Source of the DNA: Planctomycetota bacterium
GTDB lineage: Bacteria; Planctomycetota; UBA8108; SXIK01
Length of the DNA: 64,000 nucleotides
Assembly: GCA_965223845.1 (NCBI GenBank)
Contig: CBDCXR010000004.1
Location: forward strand, 3,488,001-3,552,000
Direction: 5' to 3'
Position 1 is the first letter of the stretch, and each line of letters opens with the position of its first letter. The notes beneath the pieces are model-generated. The model worked only from the letters and a program-made list of their open reading frames with translations, had not been told where the DNA came from and did no database searches. Shown here in pieces: positions 8,375 to 18,525 of the stretch. Both the position numbers and the translations under genes were made by a program.

Positions 8375-10407
8375 GAGCGATCCTCCTCGGGTTCGGGCGC
8401 TTCGTCGTCGGGCGGCGCCTCGAGGTCCTCGTCGTCCGGAACAGATTCGACTTCGAGGTCGATCCGATCGTCGTCATCGCGATCGCCTTCGGCCTCCTCC
8501 ACGTCGAGTTCTTCGCGCTCGGGGGAGTCCTCGGGGCGAAACGGGTTGTCGAAGTCATCGAGACCGAGCGGGTCTTCGGAGTCTGCCGCGCCGTCCGGTT
8601 CGGCGGTCTCGCCGCCTTCGGCGTCGGAGTCCGTCGCGTCGTCGCGCTCGGGCTGCATGCCGAGGAGGAACGGATCGACCTCGGGGTACTCTTCGAGAAA
8701 CGCGGTTGTCAGCTCGGAGAGCTCGCGCTCGGCGTCCGAAAGGCGACGGTACGACTCGGGGTCGATCTCGGCGCGGGCGGCGTCGGAAATCCTCTCGATG
8801 CGACGAGTCCGCGCGCGGAGACGTCGCTGCTCGGAGAGAAGCATGCGCACTTCGCTCGCCGGAGGGAGCTTGTCCTCGTCGCCGCCCGGCGGCATCCCGC
8901 CCGGCATGCCACCCGAGGGTGAGCCTTGCGGTCCGCCAGCCTGCTGATCGCCGCGCTCACGCGCCCGATTGAGACGCTCCTTCATGCGCTCGACGGCGGA
9001 GAGGACTCCGCGGAGCGAATCCGTGACATCCGCCTGAAGGAGCTGCACGATCTCGCCGGTATCGCCGTCGGCGAGGAGCGTCGCCGCGGAGTCGAGATCG
9101 CGCTGCGCTCGGTCGATCAAGCGCGGAGCGATCACCGAAGCCTGAGCCTCCTCGAGGAATCGCAACAGGTCCTCGGTATCTGCACGAACGAGTCGCTCGC
9201 GACGAGCGAGTGAACGCGCCGCGCGCTGCTCCTCGGCCGCATCCTCATCCGACGTATCGCCGGAGCTCGCGCGCTCGCCCTTTCGATCATCGAGCTCGAT
9301 CGTCTCGAGCTGGATCACCTCATGCTCGGCGAGGATTGCGTGCAACTTCGCCGACAGCTTCCGCAGCAGCTCCTCCGCCAGATCGAGCTCTTCCTCGGTG
9401 AGCTCCTCCGCCAGCTCGTCTTCCGCTCGGCGGAGCTGCTCGAGCGCATCCTCTTCGTCTTCGAGCGCGCCTTCGAGGTTACCGGAGCGAAGCCGTGACG
9501 TCGCGCCTTGCATACTCTGCGACGCACGCTGAAGCGAACGCGATGCCTGCTGATTGCGCTGGGAGCCTTGCTCTCCGCTTTGATCCTGTTCGCCGCCCTG
9601 GTTCTGCTCTCCGCTTTGATCCTGTTCGCCGCCCTGATCTTGCTCTCCGCTTTGGTCCTGCTCACCGCCTTGGTTCTGCTCGCCGCTTTGATTCTCCCCG
9701 GACTGCGCCCCGCTTTGAGCTCCGCGGCGTTCGCGCTCGTCCCGCCGGAGCTTCCGCTCGAGATCGCGTCGCAGCTTTTCGGTTCGCCTCTGAAGCTCAC
9801 GTTGCTTCTTCGAGAGCGATTCCGACGCCTCGTCGCGCTCCGCCTTCGACATCGCGGATTCCGTCTCTTCGGCCTGTTCCTCCTGATCGTCGGAAATGCG
9901 CTGGAGGCTCTGGAGCTGATCGCGCAGCGAATTCAGCTCGTTTCGCCGCCGCTTCGCCTCCGTCGCGTCGTCCTCGCCGCGAAGGATGCGCAGGATTCCA
10001 TCGAGGTCGCGCTCGAGGACGACCTCTTTCTCGAGAGCCGCTTCGAGCTCGCGTTCGGCGAGCAAGCGCTGCACCTCTCGCAACCGTTCGATCAGCCGGA
10101 GGTCTTGCGAACGTCGCAGTGCCGTGGTGATCCGCGCGCCGACGTCCTCGTCCTCGACGCTCTCGATGTTCGCGAGCAGCCGCCCCATCGCGGACTTGAT
10201 CCGGAGGTAACGGCGCCGCACCTCTCCTTGGATGCGAAGGGCGGGATCCGCGATCTCGAGCCGCGAGTCGGCGGATTGCTCCTGGGCAAAGCTCAACGGG
10301 AGCAGGTCGAACGCAACGCCCGCGGCGACGACGATGGCCGCAACGAGCGCGTTCCGAGCTCGGCGAGGCGCGGCCGGCCTCGATGACGGACTCTCCGTTC
10401 GCTTCAT
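8371..10407 (-). CDS. Membrane-anchored or exported coiled-coil protein with (S/G)GEQ(N/D)Q repeats and an acidic tail
   Basis: N-terminal hydrophobic segment ALVAAIVVAAGVAFDLL; long E/Q/R/L heptad stretches; ~100-aa D/E-rich C-terminus; ATGA overlaps at both ends. Confidence 0.82.
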   Translation of the reverse strand: MKRTESPSSRPAAPRRARNALVAAIVVAAGVAFDLLPLSFAQEQSADSRLEIADPALRIQGEVRRRYLRIKSAMGRLLANIESVEDEDVGARITTALRRSQDLRLIERLREVQRLLAERELEAALEKEVVLERDLDGILRILRGEDDATEAKRRRNELNSLRDQLQSLQRISDDQEEQAEETESAMSKAERDEASESLSKKQRELQRRTEKLRRDLERKLRRDERERRGAQSGAQSGENQSGEQNQGGEQDQSGEQDQGGEQDQSGEQNQGGEQDQSGEQGSQRNQQASRSLQRASQSMQGATSRLRSGNLEGALEDEEDALEQLRRAEDELAEELTEEELDLAEELLRKLSAKLHAILAEHEVIQLETIELDDRKGERASSGDTSDEDAAEEQRAARSLARRERLVRADTEDLLRFLEEAQASVIAPRLIDRAQRDLDSAATLLADGDTGEIVQLLQADVTDSLRGVLSAVERMKERLNRARERGDQQAGGPQGSPSGGMPGGMPPGGDEDKLPPASEVRMLLSEQRRLRARTRRIERISDAARAEIDPESYRRLSDAERELSELTTAFLEEYPEVDPFLLGMQPERDDATDSDAEGGETAEPDGAADSEDPLGLDDFDNPFRPEDSPEREELDVEEAEGDRDDDDRIDLEVESVPDDEDLEAPPDDEAPEPEEDRS
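9568..9722 (-). repeat. In-frame 18-bp tandem repeat encoding (S/G)GEQ(N/D)Q, six units plus partials
   Basis: SGEQNQ GGEQDQ SGEQDQ GGEQDQ SGEQNQ GGEQDQ SGEQ, preceded by GAQSGAQSGENQ. Confidence 0.9.
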
Positions 10408-13400
10408 CGTTTCGTCGATCCTTCCGTTTTCTCGATCGCCTGCCGCTGGAGCTGGAGAAGGAGCTCCATGCGCTGAATGATCTCGTCGAGATCCCCGGTT
10501 CCCGCCAGATTCTCGGCAACGGTCTTGAGGTCGTCGGCCACGCTGCGCAAATCGCCCTCGATCGCGAACGCGTCGGCCGAGGGGCTCGCCGATTCCGGCA
10601 GCTTGGAAATGTCCTCGGCGATCTGCGGCAGTCGATCGTCGATGATTTCCTTCAGCGGCTCCGCGACCTCGTCCTGGATTCGCTCCTCTTCTCCCTCATC
10701 CATGAGCCGGTTGTTCCGCAGCATTCGGACCATCCGGTCGTGCCGGGTGGACAGACTCTCCGCCTCTTCTTGAATCGCCTGTTGTTCGGCGAGGAGGCTA
10801 TCGGCGATTCGACGAATGGTGGCCGACGGATCCTGCGTTTGCTGTTCGCCAGATTGCTGCTGCCCGGACTGTTGCTGACCCGACTGCTGCTGACCTGACT
10901 GCTGCTCGCCAGACTGCTGCTGACCGGACTGCTGCTGACCGGACTGCTGCTGACCGGACTGCTGCTGACCGGACTGCTGCTGACCCGACTGCTGCTGACC
11001 TGACTGCTGCTGACCTGACTGCTGCTGACCGGACTGCTGCTGACCGGACTGCTGCTGACCCGACTGCTGCTGACCTGACTGCTGCTGACCTGACTGCTGC
11101 TGACCGGACTGCTGCTGACCTGACTGCTGCTGACCTGACTGCTGCTGACCTGACTGCTGCTGACCTGACTGCTGCTGACCCGACTGCTGCTGACCCGACT
11201 GCTGCTGACCCGACTGCTGCTCGCCAGACTGCTGCTGACCTGACTGCTGCTGACCGGACTGCTGCTGACCGGACTGCTGCTGACCGGACTGCTGCTGACC
11301 AGACTGCTGCTCGCCAGACTGCTGCTGACCTGACTGCTGCTGACCGGACTGCTGCTGACCGGACTGCTGCTGACCGGACTGCTGCTGACCGGACTGCTGC
11401 TGACCAGACTGCTGCTGACCGGATTGCTGCTCGCCAGACTGCTGCTCCCCGGACTGCTGCTGACCGGACTGCTGCTGACCGGACTGCTGCTGACCGGACT
11501 GCTGCTGACCGGACTGCTGCTGACCGGACTGCTGCTCGCCGGACTGCTGCTCGCCGGATTGCTGCTCGCCGGATTGCTGCTCGCCGGATTGCTGCTCGCC
11601 GGACTGCTGCTCGCCGGACTGCTGCTGACCGGACTGCTGCTGACCCGACTGCTGCTCGCCGGATTGCTGCTGACCGGATTGCTGCTCGCCGGATTGCTGC
11701 TGACCCGACTGCTGCTCGCCGGACTGCTGCTGACCCGACTGCTGCTCGCCAGACTGCTGCTCGCCTGTCTGATTTGTCCGATTGGAATTGGCGCCGGTCG
11801 CTCGATTGCCGTCGTCCCGCACCTCGCCCGTCGTACCGGCGATCTCTCCGACGAGGTCGGCCGCGGCCATTTCGCGAGCCGCTAGCTCACCGATCTTCTC
11901 TCGCATTTCGACGCGTGCCTTCTCGGCTTCCTCGCGAAGCTTGTCCGGGTCGACGACGAGCACACTTTCGAGCTGCGACTCGGCCGATTTGGGTCCGCTC
12001 GCGTGAAGAGCGTCGTTGTCAGCGATCGCGACCTGAAAGAGGATTCGGCTTCCCGGAATGAGCTGCATCGACGCGACATCGATCGTCCACTCCTTCTCGA
12101 GGCTGATTCCCCCTTCCCGGCGGACAAGTTCATCCGGCGTCCATCGAATCGGAGTCTCGACGAGAGGCAGCTCCTCGTCGGGGAGCGTTTCTCCCGCGTA
12201 GCGAGTCCACCGCCGCAGCACGCCCGTCGAGAATCCGTGATCATCTTCCGCAGTCATGCTGAGAACGATTCGCCCGTTCGGCGTCGCGACGCGACTAGCC
12301 TCATCGATGTGAAGCGTCACGACAGGCGGCTCGTCCGGCAAGACGACCACGGGAACGAGTCGCGTGGGGCGCGACTCGAGATCCCACTCCGCGCTGCGCA
12401 CGGAGAGCTCGAGCGTACTGCTTGTCACCGGGGAAAACCGCGCCGTGACCTTGCTGCCCTCGACGGATACGGTCTCGAGCGGCGCTTCTTCAAACGCGAC
12501 TACGCCGCTTCCGATCGGCATGTCCGCCTCGACCTCGACCGTGATCTGGGTCCCGAGCGGAACGATCACCTCTCCGGCCGGATCGACGATGCGATCGGCG
12601 GTTCGACGAAGGTACTCCGGATACTCGAGCGCGAACGCGACCGACACGATCTGCGGACGATCATGAACTTCGACGCGCACCGGGCTCGTCTCCGCGTCTC
12701 CCCCCCGAAAGACGAACGAGAACGAATCGGTCAGCGATTCGGTCTGAACGCGGACGCGAGAACCGGAAGGATCTTGCGCGAGCGCTGCGCGCACGTCACG
12801 CGCGAGATGGGACTCGCCCGAGTCGGCCTCGTGAGTCTCGATCGCAGCGAGAACGCTCCCCGGGAGCGGCGCGATCGGCTCGGGAATGAGGCGCCGGCTG
12901 CGCTCCTCACCCGCCGCCTCTCGGATCAGCGTGAGATCCTCCGGAACATCACCGACGACCCACGCGCGAAGCTCCAGAGACTCGGCGCGCGCTACGTGCC
13001 AGGTGTCCCGGTCGTCTTCAAGAACGATCCGCGTTCGCCGCGGCCACTCGGTCGGAAAAAGGAGGACGTTCCGCTGAAACCAAGTTCCCACATCGTGGCG
13101 GAAGGCCTGCGCGGTAACCGCCGCCAGACCGAGAAGAACGACACTGGTCAGCACCCACAGCCGCACACGGTTGAGATCGAGAGAACGACCGACCGACGTC
13201 CCCCTCGTCGCCCGGCGCGATTCGTAGATCGCGTGCTCGAGCAGTTGGCGCTCGAGCGGACCGGTGGCGGGCTCGGAGTCGAGACGATCTCGCTCCTCCG
13301 AGAGATGAAGTGCGTTCATCAAGTGACCGTCGAGGTCGGAATCGTACCGCTCGACGGCGGCAGCGAGCTCGTCGGTTGAATACTCCCGCACTCGCGTCTT

Positions 13401-13691
13401 CGCGCGCTGGACGAGTCGCCACCCTCCGAAGACGAGCGCAACGAGCGCAAACAATCGGAGCGGCCACGGGATGTGCAGCCACCGATCGACGAAGAACGAG
13501 AACAACGCGGCGGCGAGCAAGAGCGCACCGAGCTCGGCGATGGCCTGAAGCTTGAGCGCGCTCTCGAGTCGCGGCGCAAGCGCGCGAATGGAGCGCAGGA
13601 GCGCGGCCTCCTCGAGCTGATCGACCCGCGGTCCGGAGGAGAGGCGCGAGGCAGCACGTTTTCGCGAAGAGGGCGTCCCGGGAGCTGGCAT
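10404..13691 (-). CDS. DUF4175-like membrane protein (3 N-terminal TM helices, Ig-like beta region, coiled coils) with a ~305-aa QQSG(Q/E) repeat
   Basis: TM segments LGALLLAAALFSFFV, LRLFALVALVFGGW and LWVLTSVVLLGLAAV; YPEYL and AEDDHG motifs; start ATG 13691 in a TGATG overlap with the upstream stop. Confidence 0.8.
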   Translation of the reverse strand: MPAPGTPSSRKRAASRLSSGPRVDQLEEAALLRSIRALAPRLESALKLQAIAELGALLLAAALFSFFVDRWLHIPWPLRLFALVALVFGGWRLVQRAKTRVREYSTDELAAAVERYDSDLDGHLMNALHLSEERDRLDSEPATGPLERQLLEHAIYESRRATRGTSVGRSLDLNRVRLWVLTSVVLLGLAAVTAQAFRHDVGTWFQRNVLLFPTEWPRRTRIVLEDDRDTWHVARAESLELRAWVVGDVPEDLTLIREAAGEERSRRLIPEPIAPLPGSVLAAIETHEADSGESHLARDVRAALAQDPSGSRVRVQTESLTDSFSFVFRGGDAETSPVRVEVHDRPQIVSVAFALEYPEYLRRTADRIVDPAGEVIVPLGTQITVEVEADMPIGSGVVAFEEAPLETVSVEGSKVTARFSPVTSSTLELSVRSAEWDLESRPTRLVPVVVLPDEPPVVTLHIDEASRVATPNGRIVLSMTAEDDHGFSTGVLRRWTRYAGETLPDEELPLVETPIRWTPDELVRREGGISLEKEWTIDVASMQLIPGSRILFQVAIADNDALHASGPKSAESQLESVLVVDPDKLREEAEKARVEMREKIGELAAREMAAADLVGEIAGTTGEVRDDGNRATGANSNRTNQTGEQQSGEQQSGQQQSGEQQSGQQQSGEQQSGQQQSGEQQSGQQQSGQQQSGEQQSGEQQSGEQQSGEQQSGEQQSGEQQSGQQQSGQQQSGQQQSGQQQSGQQQSGEQQSGEQQSGQQQSGQQQSGQQQSGQQQSGQQQSGQQQSGQQQSGEQQSGQQQSGQQQSGQQQSGQQQSGQQQSGEQQSGQQQSGQQQSGQQQSGQQQSGQQQSGQQQSGQQQSGQQQSGQQQSGQQQSGQQQSGQQQSGQQQSGQQQSGQQQSGQQQSGQQQSGQQQSGQQQSGQQQSGEQQSGQQQSGQQQSGQQQSGEQQTQDPSATIRRIADSLLAEQQAIQEEAESLSTRHDRMVRMLRNNRLMDEGEEERIQDEVAEPLKEIIDDRLPQIAEDISKLPESASPSADAFAIEGDLRSVADDLKTVAENLAGTGDLDEIIQRMELLLQLQRQAIEKTEGSTKR
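10846..11760 (-). repeat. In-frame 15-bp tandem repeat, 61 units, encoding QQSG(Q/E)
   Basis: 915 bp of consecutive units, consensus T(G/C)(A/G)CCNGACTGCTGC on the + strand; variation almost all at silent sites or Q/E. Confidence 0.97.
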
Positions 13692-16105
13692 CAGTGGAGC
13701 CTCCAGTACTTGCGGAGGACCCATTCCACGATGAGGAGCACGCAGAAGAGTCCCAACACGAGCGGCGAGTCCCACAGGGTCGACGCTGCCTTTCCGACCA
13801 CTTCGGTGACCGTGCGCTCCGGGATCACCCGACTGAGCTCGTCGATGTCCTGTAACCCCAGGAAGCGCCCGCCGGTCCGCTCCGCGATCTCCCTCAAAGT
13901 ATAGAGGTCCGGCGACGGATCCTCCATTTCCGCGGTCATCCGAACGACCCGGATCGCGGCCTCCGCTCCCGCTTCCGTCCGCAGGGAGTACTCACCTGCG
14001 GCGCTCGCCGCCAGCACACCGCGGTACCAGCCCGCGCGGCCATCGACCGGCGCGAGCTCGATGCGATCGGGAGGAGGACGCTCACGGGCGGAGCGCGTTT
14101 CGGCGCTCGCTGCCGTCGTCGCTTCGAGCGCGCCCCCCGGCGGAGTGCCGACCACGAGCGGCTCGAACTCGATCTCGAGGGCGAGAGACGACTTGACGAC
14201 CGGCTTGCGCTGATGATCGAGCAAGCTCGCTTCGACGATAACGTCATCGCCGAGATCGTAGCGATCGCGGTCGACGTGAAGCGTTCCGTCCTGATTTCCG
14301 GCGAGCTTTCGACCGAGCGCGAGGAAACGCGCCACGCCCGCCCAGAACCTCTCGTGGAGATCGTCGCGACGACCGGCCTGCCAGCGCCAGAGATCGTCCG
14401 TGCCGATGAAGATCGAGTAACCGGTGCCCGCCCTCTGCACGGCGAGGGCGATCGTCCCCTCCGGTCCGTCGAGGAGGGAAATCGCGGCCGGCCGCAGCTT
14501 CGTCGCTCCCGCGAAGTAGTAGAAGCCGGGAAGTCGCTGCCAAAGTTCTGTGTTTTCTTCGACGTCGTCGACGAGCTGACAGAGCGGATGCGCGGCGCCC
14601 TGCGGAGTCATCGTCGGTCGCCAAGCGCGCTCGTAATAGGTCTGGCGATGCCAGCCACCGCGCGACGAACGAAAGTCGACCGGAAGAAGCGCGGCGAACT
14701 CCGCGAGCTCTCCGGGCGCCGTGTTGTTCTCGCCGGCGACGTACGCGAGTCCAGTCCCACGCTCGACAACGAGTTTCCGGAGGGCTTTTGCGAACGCCGG
14801 CGTGAGCACGGACGACGGCGGATCCAGAAGGATCACCACATCGTAGCCGCGCAGCTCGTTCACCGTCTGCGGCAAGCGTTCGACGACTATGTCGCCGTCC
14901 TGCTCGACGTTCGGGGACGCTGAATCGAGCCAGATGGAGGTCTGCAAACCTTCGTCGCGGAGAAGGAAATTCCGGAGAAAGCGGTACTCGTTCGTGGGAC
15001 TCCCCGCGACGAGGAGCACGCGGCTCGACTCGTCGGTCACGACGACTCGCACCGTACGGTGATTGTCCCGCACGCTCGTCTCATCGCGATGCCGCGTAGT
15101 CTCCACCGTGTAGTAGTACGCGCCTTTTCGCTCGAGGTTGTCGTAGAAGGTGAGTGCTTCGTCGGTCGCCCCGTCTACGAGAGAGAGGAGCCGCGTCTCC
15201 ACCGTCGAGGACCGGCGTTCTCCAGCGGCGATTCGCTTGAGGACCACCTTGATCCGGCGCTGCTTGCCGAGACCGTTTGCTTCGACGCGCGCATCGATTC
15301 GGATCGGAAATCCCTCGGCCGCGGTCTCGGGAGCAACGAGCTTCTTGACGGCGATGTTCTTCGGAACACGGCGCTTGCCGATCGCGACGGTGTGCACGGG
15401 GATCCCCCGCGCGACGAGATCGGCGGTCGCTTGCTCCCACGGCGCGCCTCCGGTCGGACGGCCGTCGGAAACGACGACGACTCCGGCGACCGGGTCGTGG
15501 CCGGTTTCACCGAGGACGCCTAGGAGCGCGTCGCCGATGTGCGTTCCGTCGGCGGTCGCGGACGGCTTCTCCAACGCGTTGAGATCGGGAGCCGCTCGCA
15601 ACTCGCGGTCGAACGCGAAGGGGCGCACTCGGTTGCTCTGCTCGAGCTCTTCGATGAGCCCCGTGTTTTCGACCGCGGCGCCGACGAGCTCGATCCGCGA
15701 TTTGGGTCGAAAGAGACTGACTCCCGTGACCTCCTCGATCTCGTATCGGGTGTCGCCGTCGAGGGCGTCCTTCTCCCCCATGCTGCGCGACGCGTCGAAG
15801 AGGACGAACGTCTGTCCCCGGCGCTCCAATCGAATCTCGGTGAAGAGCTGGGGATTGAGGAGCATGAGGAGAACGACGGCCAGCGCGGCGATACGGATCG
15901 CCCCGAGCAGCACGCGCCGGCGAACGGGTAGATCGCGCTCCGCCCGATAGAGAACGACGATGAGCGCGATCGCGGCGAGCGCGATCGTTCCCGCCGTCCA
16001 CGCGGCGTTCCCGAACGGAATGCCGGGGAAGTCGAGACGGGTCGTCGCCCCGTCGGGAACCTCGGTCGAATCGAGCCCGAAAAGCCACTGAAGCCACCCG
16101 CTCAT
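13691..16105 (-). CDS. vWA-domain membrane protein with an Ig-like and a class-I GATase-like domain
   Basis: Two N-terminal TMs; MIDAS FDASRSM...GTHIGDAL...VVSDG; VLLVAGSPTNEYRFLRNFLLRD; C-terminal TM LWDSPLVLGLFCVLLIVEWVLRK; start MSGWLQWLFG at 16105 (ATGA overlap). Confidence 0.88.
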   Translation of the reverse strand: MSGWLQWLFGLDSTEVPDGATTRLDFPGIPFGNAAWTAGTIALAAIALIVVLYRAERDLPVRRRVLLGAIRIAALAVVLLMLLNPQLFTEIRLERRGQTFVLFDASRSMGEKDALDGDTRYEIEEVTGVSLFRPKSRIELVGAAVENTGLIEELEQSNRVRPFAFDRELRAAPDLNALEKPSATADGTHIGDALLGVLGETGHDPVAGVVVVSDGRPTGGAPWEQATADLVARGIPVHTVAIGKRRVPKNIAVKKLVAPETAAEGFPIRIDARVEANGLGKQRRIKVVLKRIAAGERRSSTVETRLLSLVDGATDEALTFYDNLERKGAYYYTVETTRHRDETSVRDNHRTVRVVVTDESSRVLLVAGSPTNEYRFLRNFLLRDEGLQTSIWLDSASPNVEQDGDIVVERLPQTVNELRGYDVVILLDPPSSVLTPAFAKALRKLVVERGTGLAYVAGENNTAPGELAEFAALLPVDFRSSRGGWHRQTYYERAWRPTMTPQGAAHPLCQLVDDVEENTELWQRLPGFYYFAGATKLRPAAISLLDGPEGTIALAVQRAGTGYSIFIGTDDLWRWQAGRRDDLHERFWAGVARFLALGRKLAGNQDGTLHVDRDRYDLGDDVIVEASLLDHQRKPVVKSSLALEIEFEPLVVGTPPGGALEATTAASAETRSARERPPPDRIELAPVDGRAGWYRGVLAASAAGEYSLRTEAGAEAAIRVVRMTAEMEDPSPDLYTLREIAERTGGRFLGLQDIDELSRVIPERTVTEVVGKAASTLWDSPLVLGLFCVLLIVEWVLRKYWRLH

Positions 16106-18525
16106 GCGCCTCGCCTCCCGAGCCACCATGCGAAGAGAAGCTCGGCGAGGAGCACGATTCCCGCGGCCGTCGCGAGCCACCGCCACACCTCGCCACCGGA
16201 CTCTCCGACCCTGAGACCACCACCTTCCGACTCGGTCACCGAAACGCGCATGCCGAGGCTCTCGAGCTCTGGGCGCAGTGAGTCGAGAGGATCGGGGTCG
16301 AGTCTGCTCTCGTCCGGGTCTCGCGTACAGGCGAACGCAATCGGCGCGAGCGCGCTCTCGTCGACTACGGCACCTTCGACGCTCCGCGATGGGACGATCC
16401 AGTAGATCCCCGCGCGATACGTCTCGCGAAAGTAGAGATAGCGTCCATTCACGGAGATCGCAGACTGCGAGTCGGGCGCGGTCGGATCGAAGCGGAACGC
16501 CTCGCCGTCCGGCGTGCGCACGGTGTACGCGAGCCCCGGCGCCCACGGCCACGCGAGAACGCCGCCCGCCGTGACCGTCCGCTCGTCTCCCATGCGCGGT
16601 GCGAGATACCTTGCCCACTCCTGCATCACGATCGGAAAGCTCGGATCGGCGGGCCAGTCGTTCCAGTCGCGGTCCGCGGTGAGGTTGAAGAGGACCACCT
16701 TCCCCGCCGCCCGGCGCCGCACGGGGTCCGGCGTTTCGCTCGGAGCGGCATCCGTCGTCGCTTCGTCCTCGCCGGCGATCGACTGCAGCTCCACGATCGC
16801 GGGCGTATTCGCCGGGTCGTCGAAGCGCGCGACGACGAGAGCTCCGTCCACCGGCTCGAGCGTGAACAATCGGTCGAAGCCGACCTGCTCGATCGACGAG
16901 CCCTCGACTCCGCGAAACGCTTCGAACGCCGCGTGTCGAACATCCGAAATGCGCAGATGAGCCCGCTCCTTCGGCGAAGTTGCCGAGAGGATCTTCGCGG
17001 GGAAAAGGCGAAGCTCGGCGTCGCTCGACGCCGGGGCCGACGCCTCCGATCGCAGACCCGCGAGCGCGGCGTAGCGCTCCGGCTCGACCCGGTTGCCGAC
17101 GAAATACCCGAGGCCGCCGCCCTGCCGCACGAAACGCCGGAGGACTCCGACCTCGTCCGTGCTGATCCCGGACCGGTTGAGCACGAGGACGACGTCGCGG
17201 TCGCGGGTGAGCTCGGCGGTGATCTCACCCGTCGTCCGCTCGACGAGTACACCGGACGGAAACGGTCCCCGCGGCGCGAGGGCGGCGGCGAGATGGCCCG
17301 AGTCGCTCTCGAAACGATCGCCGCGCGCGTCGCCATCGACGAGAAGCACGCGAATCCCCTTCCGCACGCGAACTACGCCGAAGCTCCGGTCGTCGATCGG
17401 GAGTCGATCCACGGCTCCCTCGATCATCGCGGTGAGCGGGTATTCACCAGACGCATCGAACTCGACGACGGCTTCGGTCGTCACCGAGCTCCCGGCGGCG
17501 AGGAGCGGGATCTCGTTCAGCGCCACGCGACGCGGCGGTGTTGCCGCCTGTACACCCCGACTCGTTGGCTCGGGAGAGCCGATCTCGACCGCGCCACGCA
17601 GGTTTCGACGTTCGTCCGGGCCGTGATTCACGACCTCGACGAGAATCCGCACCGGCGCGCCGACGGCCGGGAGATCGGTCGCGACGCGGACGGCGGTCAC
17701 CGCGAGGTTCTCGCTCGACGGTCTGCCCACGTCGACGAGGCGCCAGTCGATGCGCTCGAGGATCTCGTCGTTCTCGAAGTTAGCGATCGATGCCGCGATC
17801 TCGGGACGGAGAGCTCCCGCGGAGTCGCGCCAGTCGCTCGACCGGAAGTCACTGATCAAGACGACGGATCGGAGAAGCGGCTTCTCGCGTCCCGTGAATC
17901 GCTCCCGCAAGCGCTCGAAGAGTCGCCCCACGCTCAGGCTCGCGTCGAGAGATCGCATCCGCCGGAGCCCGGTGAGGACTTCCGAGGCGCGCGCGGCATA
18001 CACGGCGAGTGCGCTCTCGCTCGGGGGTGACGGCTCGCCCGCGTCGCCGGTCGAACCGTTCGCGTCCGTCTCGTCTGCCGCGCGCTCCAGTCGGTGGAGC
18101 TGCTCACCGCGAGTGCCCTGCCAGACGGTGAGACCCATGCCGCGGCCGATCGCTTCCTCGACGTAGCTCTGCGCCGACGCCTGCGCCGCAACGAACGGGA
18201 TTCCCGCGCCGCCGCTCGCCTCCATGCTGAAGGAATCGTCGACGACGACGTGTCGCTCGTCCTCCCGGTGGCCGACGAACCCCTGAAGAACGGGGCGCGC
18301 GACGGCGAACACGAGGAGCGCGAGGAGCAGCATACGCAGGAAGAGGAGAAGCAAATCCTCGACCTGGATGCGCCGGCGGTTCTTCGACTCCGCCTGAAGC
18401 AGGAAGTCCATCGCCGCCCAATCGACGATCTGAAACCGTCGTTTGTTGAGGAGATGGATGATGATCGGCGCCGACAGGGCGGCGAGACCGCCGAGCATCC
18501 ACGGGTTGACGAAGAGCTCGGCCAT
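16102..18525 (-). CDS. BatA N-terminal domain + vWA protein with a CARDB-like domain and C-terminal TM
   Basis: FVNPWMLGGLAALSAPIIIHLLNKRR...WAAMDFL (BatA domain); MIDAS VDDSFSM...LISDF; C-terminal EVWRWLATAAGIVLLAELLFAWW. Confidence 0.9.
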   Translation of the reverse strand: MAELFVNPWMLGGLAALSAPIIIHLLNKRRFQIVDWAAMDFLLQAESKNRRRIQVEDLLLLFLRMLLLALLVFAVARPVLQGFVGHREDERHVVVDDSFSMEASGGAGIPFVAAQASAQSYVEEAIGRGMGLTVWQGTRGEQLHRLERAADETDANGSTGDAGEPSPPSESALAVYAARASEVLTGLRRMRSLDASLSVGRLFERLRERFTGREKPLLRSVVLISDFRSSDWRDSAGALRPEIAASIANFENDEILERIDWRLVDVGRPSSENLAVTAVRVATDLPAVGAPVRILVEVVNHGPDERRNLRGAVEIGSPEPTSRGVQAATPPRRVALNEIPLLAAGSSVTTEAVVEFDASGEYPLTAMIEGAVDRLPIDDRSFGVVRVRKGIRVLLVDGDARGDRFESDSGHLAAALAPRGPFPSGVLVERTTGEITAELTRDRDVVLVLNRSGISTDEVGVLRRFVRQGGGLGYFVGNRVEPERYAALAGLRSEASAPASSDAELRLFPAKILSATSPKERAHLRISDVRHAAFEAFRGVEGSSIEQVGFDRLFTLEPVDGALVVARFDDPANTPAIVELQSIAGEDEATTDAAPSETPDPVRRRAAGKVVLFNLTADRDWNDWPADPSFPIVMQEWARYLAPRMGDERTVTAGGVLAWPWAPGLAYTVRTPDGEAFRFDPTAPDSQSAISVNGRYLYFRETYRAGIYWIVPSRSVEGAVVDESALAPIAFACTRDPDESRLDPDPLDSLRPELESLGMRVSVTESEGGGLRVGESGGEVWRWLATAAGIVLLAELLFAWWLGRRGA

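Noticed and set aside
10846-11760. Possible CRISPR array
   Set aside because: Contiguous 15-bp units with no unique spacers, in frame within a CDS, and no cas genes.
11424-11885. Plus-strand ORF of LLLAG/LLLTG repeats resembling a poly-Leu membrane protein
   Set aside because: Antisense shadow of the QQSG repeat; the variable positions are silent in the minus-strand frame, which belongs to a coupled operon.
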